IMG/VR virus record: IMGVR_UViG_3300037245_001177
Coordinates: 1 to 50,063 of that record
DNA from: a virus
Taxonomy: Duplodnaviria; Caudoviricetes
DNA length: 50,063 nucleotides
Reading direction: 5' to 3' (one strand)
The stretch's first letter is position 1. Each line of letters opens with the position of its first letter. The notes under the pieces were generated by a model. The model was not told the DNA's origin. It did not search any database and worked only from the letters and a program-made list of their open reading frames with translations. A program made the position numbers and the translations under genes. Below, in pieces: positions 27,647 through 36,489 of this stretch.

Positions 27647-27758
27647 AAATGTACATGGATGCAACATTCGACACACCTACCGACACACCTCAAGTCTTGA
27701 TATGAAAGGGCTACAGCGTTTTGCCGACACACCAACCGACACACCTCCATGTACATTT
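27647..27758. repeat. Iteron-like cluster: 4x CGACACACC inside a 13-bp inverted repeat
   Basis: CGACACACC at 27669, 27681, 27725 and 27737; AAATGTACATGGA 27647-27659 / TCCATGTACATTT 27746-27758. Confidence 0.9.
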
Positions 27759-27907
27759 CGTTGATTTTAATCATTTTTACATATAGTTTTTTACAATTAT
27801 ACAGTTATGAACAATCATTTAAGAAATTGTTAATAAGTTTATTATAGTATTATTCTACCCTAAAGTAGTACTAAATTACCTTTATTCGATATTGCGATAT
27901 GGAATAC

Positions 27908-27937
27908 AAAAAAACCTCCTAAAACTAATTAGGAGGT
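27908..27937 (-). terminator. Intrinsic terminator for the leftward early cluster
   Basis: ACCTCCTAA/TTAGGAGGT stem with a U-tract on the minus strand. Confidence 0.75.
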
Positions 27938-27955
27938 GATGAGGTGTAATTATAA

Positions 27956-28105
27956 TTATTTAACGTTTAAACAACTCTTACATGTCACCTCCTTAGGTAT
28001 TGAAGTAAATTCTTCAACATCTCCCCAATGCCTACCGCATAAAGTTTCAGCAATTATAAAACTTGAATTTTGATTGTTACCGATATAGTGTATTTTGTGT
28101 TTCAT
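27956..28105 (-). CDS. Small zinc-finger-like protein (49 aa)
   Basis: Read by hand: MKHKIHY...TLCGRHW...VTCKSCLNVK. Confidence 0.6.
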   Translation of the reverse strand: MKHKIHYIGNNQNSSFIIAETLCGRHWGDVEEFTSIPKEVTCKSCLNVK

Positions 28106-28215
28106 AATACTAAAAATTTAAGTCGTTTAAAATAATTGCTATTGATGCTATAATAAGAACCACGATACAAATATATTGGAGTGATGGTTCCGGGTTGTCT
28201 GTTTTTTTCATAAGG

Positions 28216-28773
28216 CTATAAATTTAATACTTCTTTTATTTCTTCTTCGGCCTGTTCTCTTAAGGTGTCTATATCTACATCATCAAAAATATCACCGGTT
28301 TCGTGTTCAGCGTGTATAATCTCATCAAATAACTCTATTTTGTATTGAAGAGTAGCACCGTGTACATTCTCAATTTTATCTAATAATTCCTGTAATGTTT
28401 CAAAAGCTCCCATTCCTTCAAAAGCTTCAACCATTTTATCATATCTACATTTTAAAACAGCCTCTTTAATATCTTCAACATCTATGTGTAAATAATTTGT
28501 AGACGTTGCAAACTGATCTAATACAGAATAGTCATATATTCCATCCTCATTATCCTTAAAGCCTTCATAATCAATTAAACCGTGCTCATTTAGCTTTTGT
28601 TCAATAGGTTCTTTCAGGGCTGCAAAAGCTGCTAAGAATTTAAACTCATTCATTCTGTGAGTCACTGAGTGCATCCAAAAATTTAAGATGATACTTTCAG
28701 TGTCATACTCGCAAAAGTCATCTATTTCGACACCCATTAAAGGAACTGGTTTATGTAGTAGTGTAGTATTCAT
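28216..28773 (-). CDS. Acidic hypothetical protein
   Basis: 185 aa, D/E-rich. Confidence 0.7.
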   Translation of the reverse strand: MNTTLLHKPVPLMGVEIDDFCEYDTESIILNFWMHSVTHRMNEFKFLAAFAALKEPIEQKLNEHGLIDYEGFKDNEDGIYDYSVLDQFATSTNYLHIDVEDIKEAVLKCRYDKMVEAFEGMGAFETLQELLDKIENVHGATLQYKIELFDEIIHAEHETGDIFDDVDIDTLREQAEEEIKEVLNL

Positions 28774-28791
28774 AATAATAGTGTTATAGGT

Positions 28792-28932
28792 TTATAATGT
28801 GAAAGGTACCGGATTAATAAAAGAATTCACAACCAGGATAATACCAGCGATGATAATTGCGATGGTTCCAATAGTCTTAATAGTGTTTTCTGTAGTCTTG
28901 AAATTGAAGTTCATTGAGTTTAAAAGTTGCAT
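28792..28932 (-). CDS. Small single-TM protein (46 aa)
   Basis: Read by hand (...KTIGTIAIIIAGIILVVNSFINPVPFTL). Confidence 0.5.
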   Translation of the reverse strand: MQLLNSMNFNFKTTENTIKTIGTIAIIIAGIILVVNSFINPVPFTL

Positions 28933-28943
28933 AATTGTATGTG

Positions 28944-29237
28944 TTAAGAGTTTATATTTTTATAAGCATTAGTATAGTTCATATTTCCTATTACATTACA
29001 TATATGAGCATTAACAGGAACCAGTACAGAATGTAAAGTATTCATTGTAACAACTTCATAATAAGTAAATCCATTATCAATAAGTCTAAAAGAAGTATCC
29101 TGATTGAAATCAAAGCTATAAGCATCTTGATAAAAACCGTTAACATAACCAGTCCTATATGAGTTAGATTTACAGATATTAGCTGAGTCCATTAATTGTT
29201 GTCTTTCTTCTAGTGTTAATTTTCTTTTGTTTGACAT
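28944..29237 (-). CDS. Hypothetical protein
   Basis: ORF track; operonic. Confidence 0.6.
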   Translation of the reverse strand: MSNKRKLTLEERQQLMDSANICKSNSYRTGYVNGFYQDAYSFDFNQDTSFRLIDNGFTYYEVVTMNTLHSVLVPVNAHICNVIGNMNYTNAYKNINS

Positions 29238-29246
29238 AGTGGTATA

Positions 29247-29471
29247 TTAAAAAGTTAAATTGAATAAGGTTGTAAGCTCACTAAATAAAGGACATTTTGA
29301 GTCATCGGCCCATATATTAGTGCGTTTATCTTTGAATAATCGTAAACCTAGCGTTAAAAATTTAAGGTCCTTATACTTAAGAGTAGCATTTATATAACTG
29401 TATAATGTGCCTGAGTCGTTACGATTAAAGCCTAACTTCATTATTTTGCTGATGTTTTCAATAGATGCCAT
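29247..29471 (-). CDS. Hypothetical protein
   Basis: First gene after a consensus promoter. Confidence 0.6.
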   Translation of the reverse strand: MASIENISKIMKLGFNRNDSGTLYSYINATLKYKDLKFLTLGLRLFKDKRTNIWADDSKCPLFSELTTLFNLTF

Positions 29472-29512
29472 AATATGTTTTTTAGTGTTGTTAATATCTC
29501 TTATTGTTATAA

Positions 29513-29543
29513 CAAATGTACACCATTATATACAATACACAAA
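29513..29543 (-). promoter_or_regulatory. Consensus Bacteroidota sigma promoter
   Basis: Minus strand TTTG-N19-TACATTTG. Confidence 0.75.
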
Positions 29544-29740
29544 GTAATAACAATAAAATGATGGTATTATATTATCCAAAGATGATACTATGTTAACATT
29601 GGAGTGATGGCCGGTCCCCTTGGTGAGTAGATCAACATCATAGATCAACACCCCCAACCCCCATTAAGATATTGATAGGCTGCTATTCCCCCCACGAAAT
29701 ATTTCCACCATTTTTCTGATTCCAAAACAATTTGGGTTCA

Positions 29741-29770
29741 TTGTCATTTAAAAACTTTTACTTACATTTG
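29741..29770 (+). promoter_or_regulatory. Bacteroidota-type promoter
   Basis: TTG-N19-TACATTTG. Confidence 0.6.
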
Positions 29771-29810
29771 TTTTTCAGAGAGTAGTGGATTGCTTTTTGG
29801 TAAAGAACGT

Positions 29811-29843
29811 AAAAAACGATTCATTCTTGTGGGTCGTTTTTTT
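29811..29843 (+). terminator. Intrinsic terminator
   Basis: AAAAAACGATTCAT-tctt-GTGGGTCGTTTTTTT with G:U pairs on +. Confidence 0.75.
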
Positions 29844-29912
29844 ATTTAAAATAAAATGATTACATTTGTAATTATCTGGTGGTTCGGATGATGTTTTCAT
29901 AATAAATAGTTT

Positions 29913-29944
29913 GGCCTCTTATCTTCTTGGATGGGAGGTTTTTT
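29913..29944 (+). terminator. Intrinsic terminator
   Basis: CCTCTTATC-ttcttg-GATGGGAGG followed by a T-run. Confidence 0.7.
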
Positions 29945-29969
29945 CTTTTAAAAAAAATTACAAAAAAAT

Positions 29970-30000
29970 TTTGATTTCAATTTAGAATAGTTTAGTTTTG
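29970..30000 (+). promoter_or_regulatory. Consensus Bacteroidota promoter upstream of ORF 30034
   Basis: TTTG-N19-TAGTTTTG. Confidence 0.65.
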
Positions 30001-30033
30001 TTGTACAATCAATTAAACTATTAAACCATAACT

Positions 30034-30615
30034 ATGAAAGCGACTAAAAAAGAATGTCCTAACTGCAAGACACTTACTTCAAGTCTTATTGGCACTTTAC
30101 AATACAAAGGGATTACTACGAAGGAGTATGAGTGTAGTGAATGTAAGAGTCATTTTACGAATAATGTTAGTAATAAAAAAATATTAGAATTTTCTAAAAC
30201 AACTCCTTTTACTTATGATGAGATAAAAGATTTTAATAATGAGTTTAATTTACCTTATAAAGAATTAGATTCAATATTAATGTTGGCTTGTAGGTGTAAT
30301 GTTACACTAGAGGGATTAGCTGCTGCATTAAAAGAATTAGATAGTTTCAACAACTTCCAAATAGAAGTAAAGCATTATTGTAATAAAAGTGATTTTGAAG
30401 CAAATAAAGAAAAACTTATTAATTTAAGAATAGGCAGTTATAGTTCATTTATTAACTTTCTAAAACTTGGTGGAGAAATAACAACATCTATAAGAGCTTG
30501 TGATGAAATATTTAAAATGAGTGTTGAAACAAAATTAACTGAGTCTGAATTGGTTGAATTATCAACTAGGTTTAGATTAATTAACGCAATACTTGACGAA
30601 CAAATTTATAAATAG
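30034..30615 (+). CDS. Hypothetical protein with N-terminal zinc ribbon
   Basis: CPNC...CSEC. Confidence 0.7.
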   Translation: MKATKKECPNCKTLTSSLIGTLQYKGITTKEYECSECKSHFTNNVSNKKILEFSKTTPFTYDEIKDFNNEFNLPYKELDSILMLACRCNVTLEGLAAALKELDSFNNFQIEVKHYCNKSDFEANKEKLINLRIGSYSSFINFLKLGGEITTSIRACDEIFKMSVETKLTESELVELSTRFRLINAILDEQIYK

Positions 30616-30618
30616 ATT

Positions 30619-30816
30619 ATGGAATTAATAAAAAAATGTGAAAGTTGTGGATATGAACTCCCAAAAGGAATGAATAGTATGTGTTATGATTGTTATAATG
30701 ATATATGGTTCGGAGGACATAAAATAATGACAACAAAAGAGTGGTTAATCGGAGTTTTAAAAGCTGTTGTTGTATTTGGTATTTTAGGTTTTTCAATGTA
30801 CTTATTATGGAATTAA
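30619..30816 (+). CDS. Small zinc-finger plus TM protein
   Basis: CESC...CYDC and a C-terminal hydrophobic helix. Confidence 0.6.
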   Translation: MELIKKCESCGYELPKGMNSMCYDCYNDIWFGGHKIMTTKEWLIGVLKAVVVFGILGFSMYLLWN

Positions 30817-31122
30817 CAGGAAAATGTAAAGTAGATTTAAAAGATATAATTGGATAAGAAATGGATAATGATACTATGATAGCAATTAAACGGATATTTC
30901 CCGATTATCTGCTACTGTGATGACATTAATTCGATTAAGTTGTCCCATATTTACCCTTAATTTGGGACGAAAAACATAAAGTAAACGCAAATTTTATAAA
31001 GTTTTGATACAAAGTAAACGCAAAAGTTAACAAATAAATAAAAAAGGCTGATATAACTTTACAAAACTATACTTAACAACGTATAAAAACGCCATATACA
31101 GCTAATTATATTACATAACGTA

Positions 31123-31209
31123 TAACCAATATAATTGTTAAAAATAAACAAAAGTATTATAAATTAAATTAATATTAAAAATTAACCAATATAATGGTTA
31201 AAAATAAAC
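31123..31209. repeat. 27-bp direct repeat, period 60
   Basis: TAACCAATATAAT(T/G)GTTAAAAATAAAC at 31123 and 31183. Confidence 0.85.
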
Positions 31210-31215
31210 TTAATT

Positions 31216-31503
31216 ATGGCATATAAAACAAAAAGAAGTAGAGATGCGAGAGTTCGCTTAAAAGCACTAGAAAACGGTGATGAATTCGCTAAATTAACAT
31301 TTTTAGCACTTCGAAAAGATGATAGTTGTAAGAATAGGCTTCTGAGATTATTCGGATTTAAAAAACCACAAGATGTTGTTGAAATTGGTAAAAATAACGA
31401 CAAAAAACTACTTAAGGAATACAATGATTGGCTGTTAAGTGTTGATTCTGACTTGAATGAAGATAGCTCCGACAGATTGGTAAATAAATTCCTATCTTTA
31501 TAA
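31216..31503 (+). CDS. Hypothetical protein
   Basis: ORF track; AT-rich leader. Confidence 0.6.
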   Translation: MAYKTKRSRDARVRLKALENGDEFAKLTFLALRKDDSCKNRLLRLFGFKKPQDVVEIGKNNDKKLLKEYNDWLLSVDSDLNEDSSDRLVNKFLSL

Positions 31504-31528
31504 AAAATTTAACTAAACCACCTCACAA

Positions 31529-32608
31529 ATGAAAATCTCTAAAAGATTAAGTGAAGAACAAGCAAAACAATTAAATTTAACAGTTAAACCTAAACCAAAA
31601 GGACACGGAAATCCTAGATATTATATTACCTTAGAACAATTCGAATCATTAACTCCATTGCAACTTACCGGAAAATCAACATTAAAAGATGCAGAAGGTA
31701 AAACAATAATGGAATGGACCAAGACTTCTGTAAAGGAAGAAGATAGGTTAAGAATATTAAAAGAGGTTGTTAAATCTTTAAAAACCGATATTACTCCAAC
31801 TGTAGCAATAAAAGCACCAGTTCAATTTAAAGAAAATAAACTTTGTAACCAATACACTTTAACTGATTTCCATTTAGGAATGATGGCTTGGGATGAGGAA
31901 AGTGGTGCTAATTGGGATATAAAAATTGCAGAAGAGAAATTAGTAAGATTCTTTGAAGTTGCAATTAAACAAAGTCCAGATGCAAATATGGCTATTTTTG
32001 CTCAATTAGGAGATTTTCTACATTGGGATGGTTTAGATGCTGTTACTCCACAAAACAAACACGTATTAGATGCTGATACTAGGTTTACTAAGTTAGTGAG
32101 AGTTTCAATTAGAGTAATCAGAAGGGTTATAAAAATGTTGCTTGAGAAGTATCAAAACGTTACTGTTATAATGGCAGAAGGAAATCACGATCCAGCTAGT
32201 TCTATTTGGTTGCGTGAAATGTTAGCTGATTTTTATCAAGAAGAAAAAAGATTGACAATTGATACAAATCCTGACCCTTATTACTGTATTACCTGGGGTA
32301 AAAATTGTTTATTTTATCACCACGGCCATAAACGTAATATAAACAATATTGATGCTGTTATGGTATCTAAATTTAAAAAAGAATTTGGTGTATCAGATTT
32401 TATTTATGCTCACATTGGTCATTTACATAATTTAAAAGTTAAAGAAACGAATTTAATGGTTATTGAACAACACAGAACATTAGCTGCTAAAGATGCTTAT
32501 GCAAGTAGAGGTGGTTGGGTTTCTGATAGAGATAGTAAAGTTATAACCTACCATAAAAACTTCGGAGAGGTAGGAAGGTTAACTATTAATATTAATATGT
32601 TAAAATAA
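31529..32608 (+). CDS. Calcineurin-like metallophosphoesterase
   Basis: DFH, GDFLHWD, GNHD, HGH, GHLH motifs. Confidence 0.85.
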   Translation: MKISKRLSEEQAKQLNLTVKPKPKGHGNPRYYITLEQFESLTPLQLTGKSTLKDAEGKTIMEWTKTSVKEEDRLRILKEVVKSLKTDITPTVAIKAPVQFKENKLCNQYTLTDFHLGMMAWDEESGANWDIKIAEEKLVRFFEVAIKQSPDANMAIFAQLGDFLHWDGLDAVTPQNKHVLDADTRFTKLVRVSIRVIRRVIKMLLEKYQNVTVIMAEGNHDPASSIWLREMLADFYQEEKRLTIDTNPDPYYCITWGKNCLFYHHGHKRNINNIDAVMVSKFKKEFGVSDFIYAHIGHLHNLKVKETNLMVIEQHRTLAAKDAYASRGGWVSDRDSKVITYHKNFGEVGRLTININMLK

Positions 32609-32627
32609 TATACATTCAACCAACATT

Positions 32628-32894
32628 ATGATAAGAGAATTGAAAAAACTAATCAAACAAATTAAGAATTATTTTAGAAAAAGCACCACTTTTGGAAAAA
32701 TAGGTACTTATAAAACGAATATGAGTCCTTGTGGTGCATATTTATTTGTTTATAAAAAAGGAGAAACTGATATTTGTCATATTTACAAACTTAGGAATAA
32801 ATTTGAGGTTGATGAATTATTTTACAAGTCAAAAATCAATATTTCTTCGTTGGACCTGGATATATTAATGGAGTTTTTAAGGAATTCGGACTAA
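32628..32894 (+). CDS. Hypothetical protein
   Basis: ORF track. Confidence 0.55.
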   Translation: MIRELKKLIKQIKNYFRKSTTFGKIGTYKTNMSPCGAYLFVYKKGETDICHIYKLRNKFEVDELFYKSKINISSLDLDILMEFLRNSD

Positions 32895-33049
32895 TGGCAA
32901 CGGAAAAATGGTTATATTTAGTGAATTTGAAATGTGGTAAGCATAACAAAAAGACGAACATAACTGGTAAAAGTACAAAAGAAATAGATGAAATCAAAAA
33001 GAATTTGGTCTATGATAAGAAAAAATTTATACTAATAATATACTAAATT

Positions 33050-33313
33050 ATGAAATCAGTAAAATTTGATGAAGTAACAAACACAATTGGAGAAGGCCAA
33101 GAAGAATACCAAACTGTTCATTCTTGTAATCTACAATCCGATTCAAGTATAAATCTTTGTTTTGAATTATCAGATGAAGAGATTGAAACTCTTAAAAGTA
33201 CAAAAAAGATTTGGTATAAGCAAGTAACATTTGGAAAAGGTATGAGTCCGATGTCCCTTTCTGTAGATAAATCAGAAGTGATAATATTAGATGTGGAAAT
33301 AATTAAAGGCTAA
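33050..33313 (+). CDS. Conserved phage hypothetical protein
   Basis: GQEEYQT...CFELSDEE...TFG...P pattern; TAATG-coupled to terL. Confidence 0.65.
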   Translation: MKSVKFDEVTNTIGEGQEEYQTVHSCNLQSDSSINLCFELSDEEIETLKSTKKIWYKQVTFGKGMSPMSLSVDKSEVIILDVEIIKG

Positions 33314-34761
33314 TGGCTGTTAGACAAAAGAAAATATCAAATACAGAAAAAGTAAAGTTGAGGTATTTAAAACACCAAAGCGAACAATCTTTTATGTTTT
33401 TTGTAATGATGCTTTTCAAAGAACATAATGGTCAAAAATTCATTCCTTATGCTCATATCCAAGAAATTGTAGCAGTACTTGAAGCTGTTGCAATGGGTAA
33501 ATTACTAAGGGTAATTATTAATATTCCTCCGAGATATGGGAAAACAGAGATAGTAGTTAAAATGTTAATAGTTTGGGGGTTAGCATTAAATGCTCGTTCA
33601 AAATTCATACACCTTTCTTATTCTGAGAATTTAGCACTAGATAATTCGGCAATGGCAAAAGAATACATACAATCTGATATGTTTCAGAAACTTTGGCCAA
33701 TGGAATTAAAAGCAGATGCCCAAGGTAAAAAGTCTTGGTTTAACAAACGAGGTGGTGGTTGTTATGCGACCTCAACAGGTGGTGCAATTACAGGTTTTGG
33801 TGCTGGAGATACAATTCTTAGAAATGAAGTTGAGGCAGACAACCCTTTCAAAAAGTTTAGTGGCGCTATTATTATTGATGATCCAAATAAACCAGATGAT
33901 GCGTTTTCTGATGTTAAAAGAAACTTTGTTAACACAAGGTATAATAATACAATTAAATCAAGGGTAAATAGCCGAGAAGTGCCAATTATTGTAATTCAAC
34001 AACGATTACACGAAACAGATTTGAGTGGTTTTTTATTAGATGGTGGTTCAGGTGAAAAATGGTATCACTTAAACCTACCAGCATTAGATAAAGATTTAAA
34101 ACCTTTATGCGAGGCAAAACATACATTTGCAGAATTGGAACAAATGCGACAAGCTGATAGATACACATTTTCAGGACAATATATGCAAAGACCTTCTCCA
34201 GATGAAGGTGGTATTTTCAGAAAAGAATGGTTTAAGAAAGTAGAAAAGTTTGAATTACCAAAAATAGATTCTTGGGAATTATTTATTGATGGTGCCTACA
34301 CTAAAAATACTCAAAATGACCCTACAGGTTTACAAATATCCGCTAAATCAGGAGGTGATTTATTTATTTTAGCAAGTATAGATAAGTATTTGGAAATGCC
34401 AGAACTACTTAAATTTATTCCTCAGTTTATTGCACTTTATGGAGTACATATTAGTATGATTTTAGTAGAACCAAAGGCAAGTGGTAAAAGTATTGCTCAG
34501 TTATTACGGAACCAAACAGATTATAATGTTGCTGAAATACGAGGTAAAATAATCCAGGAAAGTAAGATAGAAAGAGCAACTAAATCTGCTCCATTTGTGG
34601 AAGGTGGCCGAGTTCATTTAGTCAAAGGTCCTTGGGTAGATTCTTACTTGCATCAAATGTGTGTTTTCCCAAACGGTAAGCACGATGAACACATAGATTT
34701 AACATCTTATGCGATAGACAGAAATCTTTTAAGAGATACAAGACCGGCAATTATTTGGTAA
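33313..34761 (+). CDS. terL: Terminase large subunit
   Basis: INIPPRYGKT Walker A, IIIDDP Walker B, QQRLHETDL, QYMQRP, FPNGKHDEHID. Confidence 0.95.
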   Translation: MAVRQKKISNTEKVKLRYLKHQSEQSFMFFVMMLFKEHNGQKFIPYAHIQEIVAVLEAVAMGKLLRVIINIPPRYGKTEIVVKMLIVWGLALNARSKFIHLSYSENLALDNSAMAKEYIQSDMFQKLWPMELKADAQGKKSWFNKRGGGCYATSTGGAITGFGAGDTILRNEVEADNPFKKFSGAIIIDDPNKPDDAFSDVKRNFVNTRYNNTIKSRVNSREVPIIVIQQRLHETDLSGFLLDGGSGEKWYHLNLPALDKDLKPLCEAKHTFAELEQMRQADRYTFSGQYMQRPSPDEGGIFRKEWFKKVEKFELPKIDSWELFIDGAYTKNTQNDPTGLQISAKSGGDLFILASIDKYLEMPELLKFIPQFIALYGVHISMILVEPKASGKSIAQLLRNQTDYNVAEIRGKIIQESKIERATKSAPFVEGGRVHLVKGPWVDSYLHQMCVFPNGKHDEHIDLTSYAIDRNLLRDTRPAIIW

Positions 34762-34785
34762 TGTGATATTAATAATATAAATTTG
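34754..34785 (+). promoter_or_regulatory. Bacteroidota-type promoter upstream of the portal gene
   Basis: TTTG-N20-TAAATTTG. Confidence 0.55.
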
Positions 34786-34804
34786 TAGATAAACTTCGTC
34801 ATAA

Positions 34805-36469
34805 ATGGTACTAACAGATATAGAGGCTATTCAGATTATCAATGATAATAAAGCCGTAAACCCTAAGATAAATACGATACGAGAAAACTCAAAAACACTA
34901 TATGCACTTATAGATGGAGATAATTTTAAAGAATTATTAATTGATAAAATTGAATTTATTGAAGGCGAAGATAAATCTATAGCAAGAAAAAAGTACTCAA
35001 GAGATATTCAAGACTTCTTTGAAAGATTATTCCAACCACTAGAAAATATTTGGTATGCTACAGGTGGTAATAAAGTTTATGATATTGAAGATGATAAGGT
35101 GAAAATGGAATTTCTTAAAAAAATATCAAATATTAAAAATAGTAATACTTTAGCAAATTGGATTCAAAATACTGCAATAAAACTAAGTCACGTAGACCCA
35201 AATGGTTTAATATTTATCGAATATACAACTACTCCAAAAAAAGATATTTTCCCAACTTACAAAAACATAAAAGATATTCGTTCTTATCGTGAAAACGGTC
35301 AATTATTAGAATGGCTTTTATTTGAACCTTATAAACTTACTGGTGAAGGAAAAGATAGAGGCGAGTATTGGAGAATTGTAGATGATAAACAAGATAGAAC
35401 ATTTTTAAAATTGAATGACGAAACAATTATTAAAGTTCCATCAAAATCATTTCCTCATCCATTTGGTGAGGTACCAGCAATTATTAATTCGAATATTGTA
35501 AAAGTAGATGATGAAAAAATCAGACTTTCTCCAGTAAACACTATTTTAGGATTATCAAAAGAATATGCTCGTGATTTATCAATAAAAACTTTGTATAAAT
35601 TTACGCAAGGTTTCCCTATTCATTGGAGATATGTTGTTACTTGTGAGGCTTGTCACGGAAGAAAGAAAAATGATGATGGTACTAATTGTGGTAGTTGTGA
35701 TGGAAAAGGCTATATGACAAATGGAGATGTTACAGATTTAGTAGTTCTTCCAGTACCAACACAAGATTCTCCGGTTATTGCACCTAATATAGCTGGTCAT
35801 ATTAAGCCTGATAATGAAACTTGGACCCAATATACAACTGAATTAGATGCAGAAGAAAAAGCTGCATTTAGAACGTTTTGGGGTACTCTTTTAGGAACCG
35901 AAGAAACATTTGGTGGAAGAAAAACAACTACAGAAGTAATTTTCAATAAACAACCGATTGAAAATAGACTGAATAAATATGCAGATTGGGGAGAGTTTGT
36001 TGAATGGAAAATAAGTGCTTGGGTATTAAATTTCTTTGATAAAGCCAAAGCAAGAGAAAAAAACGATATAACTATTAGTTACGGTAGAAATTATGTAATT
36101 GAACCTAGTGATACTATTTTAAAAAGATATGAAGAAAGTAAAACTGCCGGAGGAAATGATGTTATTTTAGATGAATTATTTAAGCAATATCTCCAGGCTA
36201 CATACAGAACAAATCCAATAGAACTTCGAGTTAATTTAATTAAAAGTGAGGTTGAACCTTATTTACATTACACATTAACAGAAGTAAGAGATGTGTTTGG
36301 GACACAAGAGGCCCAAAGAAAAGTATTATTCTCAAGATGGTGGGATTCATTAACTACAAAAGATTTAGATAAAACAGTAGAAGTTCTTATAAAAGAATAC
36401 AAAACTTGGTTCGAGAGTAATAAAATTGTGATTAAAATAGAAGAGCCTAAAAAGGTAGAAAATAAATAA
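34805..36469 (+). CDS. Portal protein with a DnaJ-like zinc-finger insertion
   Basis: 554 aa, directly after terL; HPFGEVPA motif; CEACHG...CGSCDGKG. Confidence 0.75.
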   Translation: MVLTDIEAIQIINDNKAVNPKINTIRENSKTLYALIDGDNFKELLIDKIEFIEGEDKSIARKKYSRDIQDFFERLFQPLENIWYATGGNKVYDIEDDKVKMEFLKKISNIKNSNTLANWIQNTAIKLSHVDPNGLIFIEYTTTPKKDIFPTYKNIKDIRSYRENGQLLEWLLFEPYKLTGEGKDRGEYWRIVDDKQDRTFLKLNDETIIKVPSKSFPHPFGEVPAIINSNIVKVDDEKIRLSPVNTILGLSKEYARDLSIKTLYKFTQGFPIHWRYVVTCEACHGRKKNDDGTNCGSCDGKGYMTNGDVTDLVVLPVPTQDSPVIAPNIAGHIKPDNETWTQYTTELDAEEKAAFRTFWGTLLGTEETFGGRKTTTEVIFNKQPIENRLNKYADWGEFVEWKISAWVLNFFDKAKAREKNDITISYGRNYVIEPSDTILKRYEESKTAGGNDVILDELFKQYLQATYRTNPIELRVNLIKSEVEPYLHYTLTEVRDVFGTQEAQRKVLFSRWWDSLTTKDLDKTVEVLIKEYKTWFESNKIVIKIEEPKKVENK

Positions 36470-36489
36470 TAATTTAAAACAATAATAAA

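Noticed and set aside
27304-27774. 156-aa minus-strand ORF
   Set aside because: Antisense to terS and runs through the repeat module; its VCR/VGR repeats simply reflect the DNA repeats.
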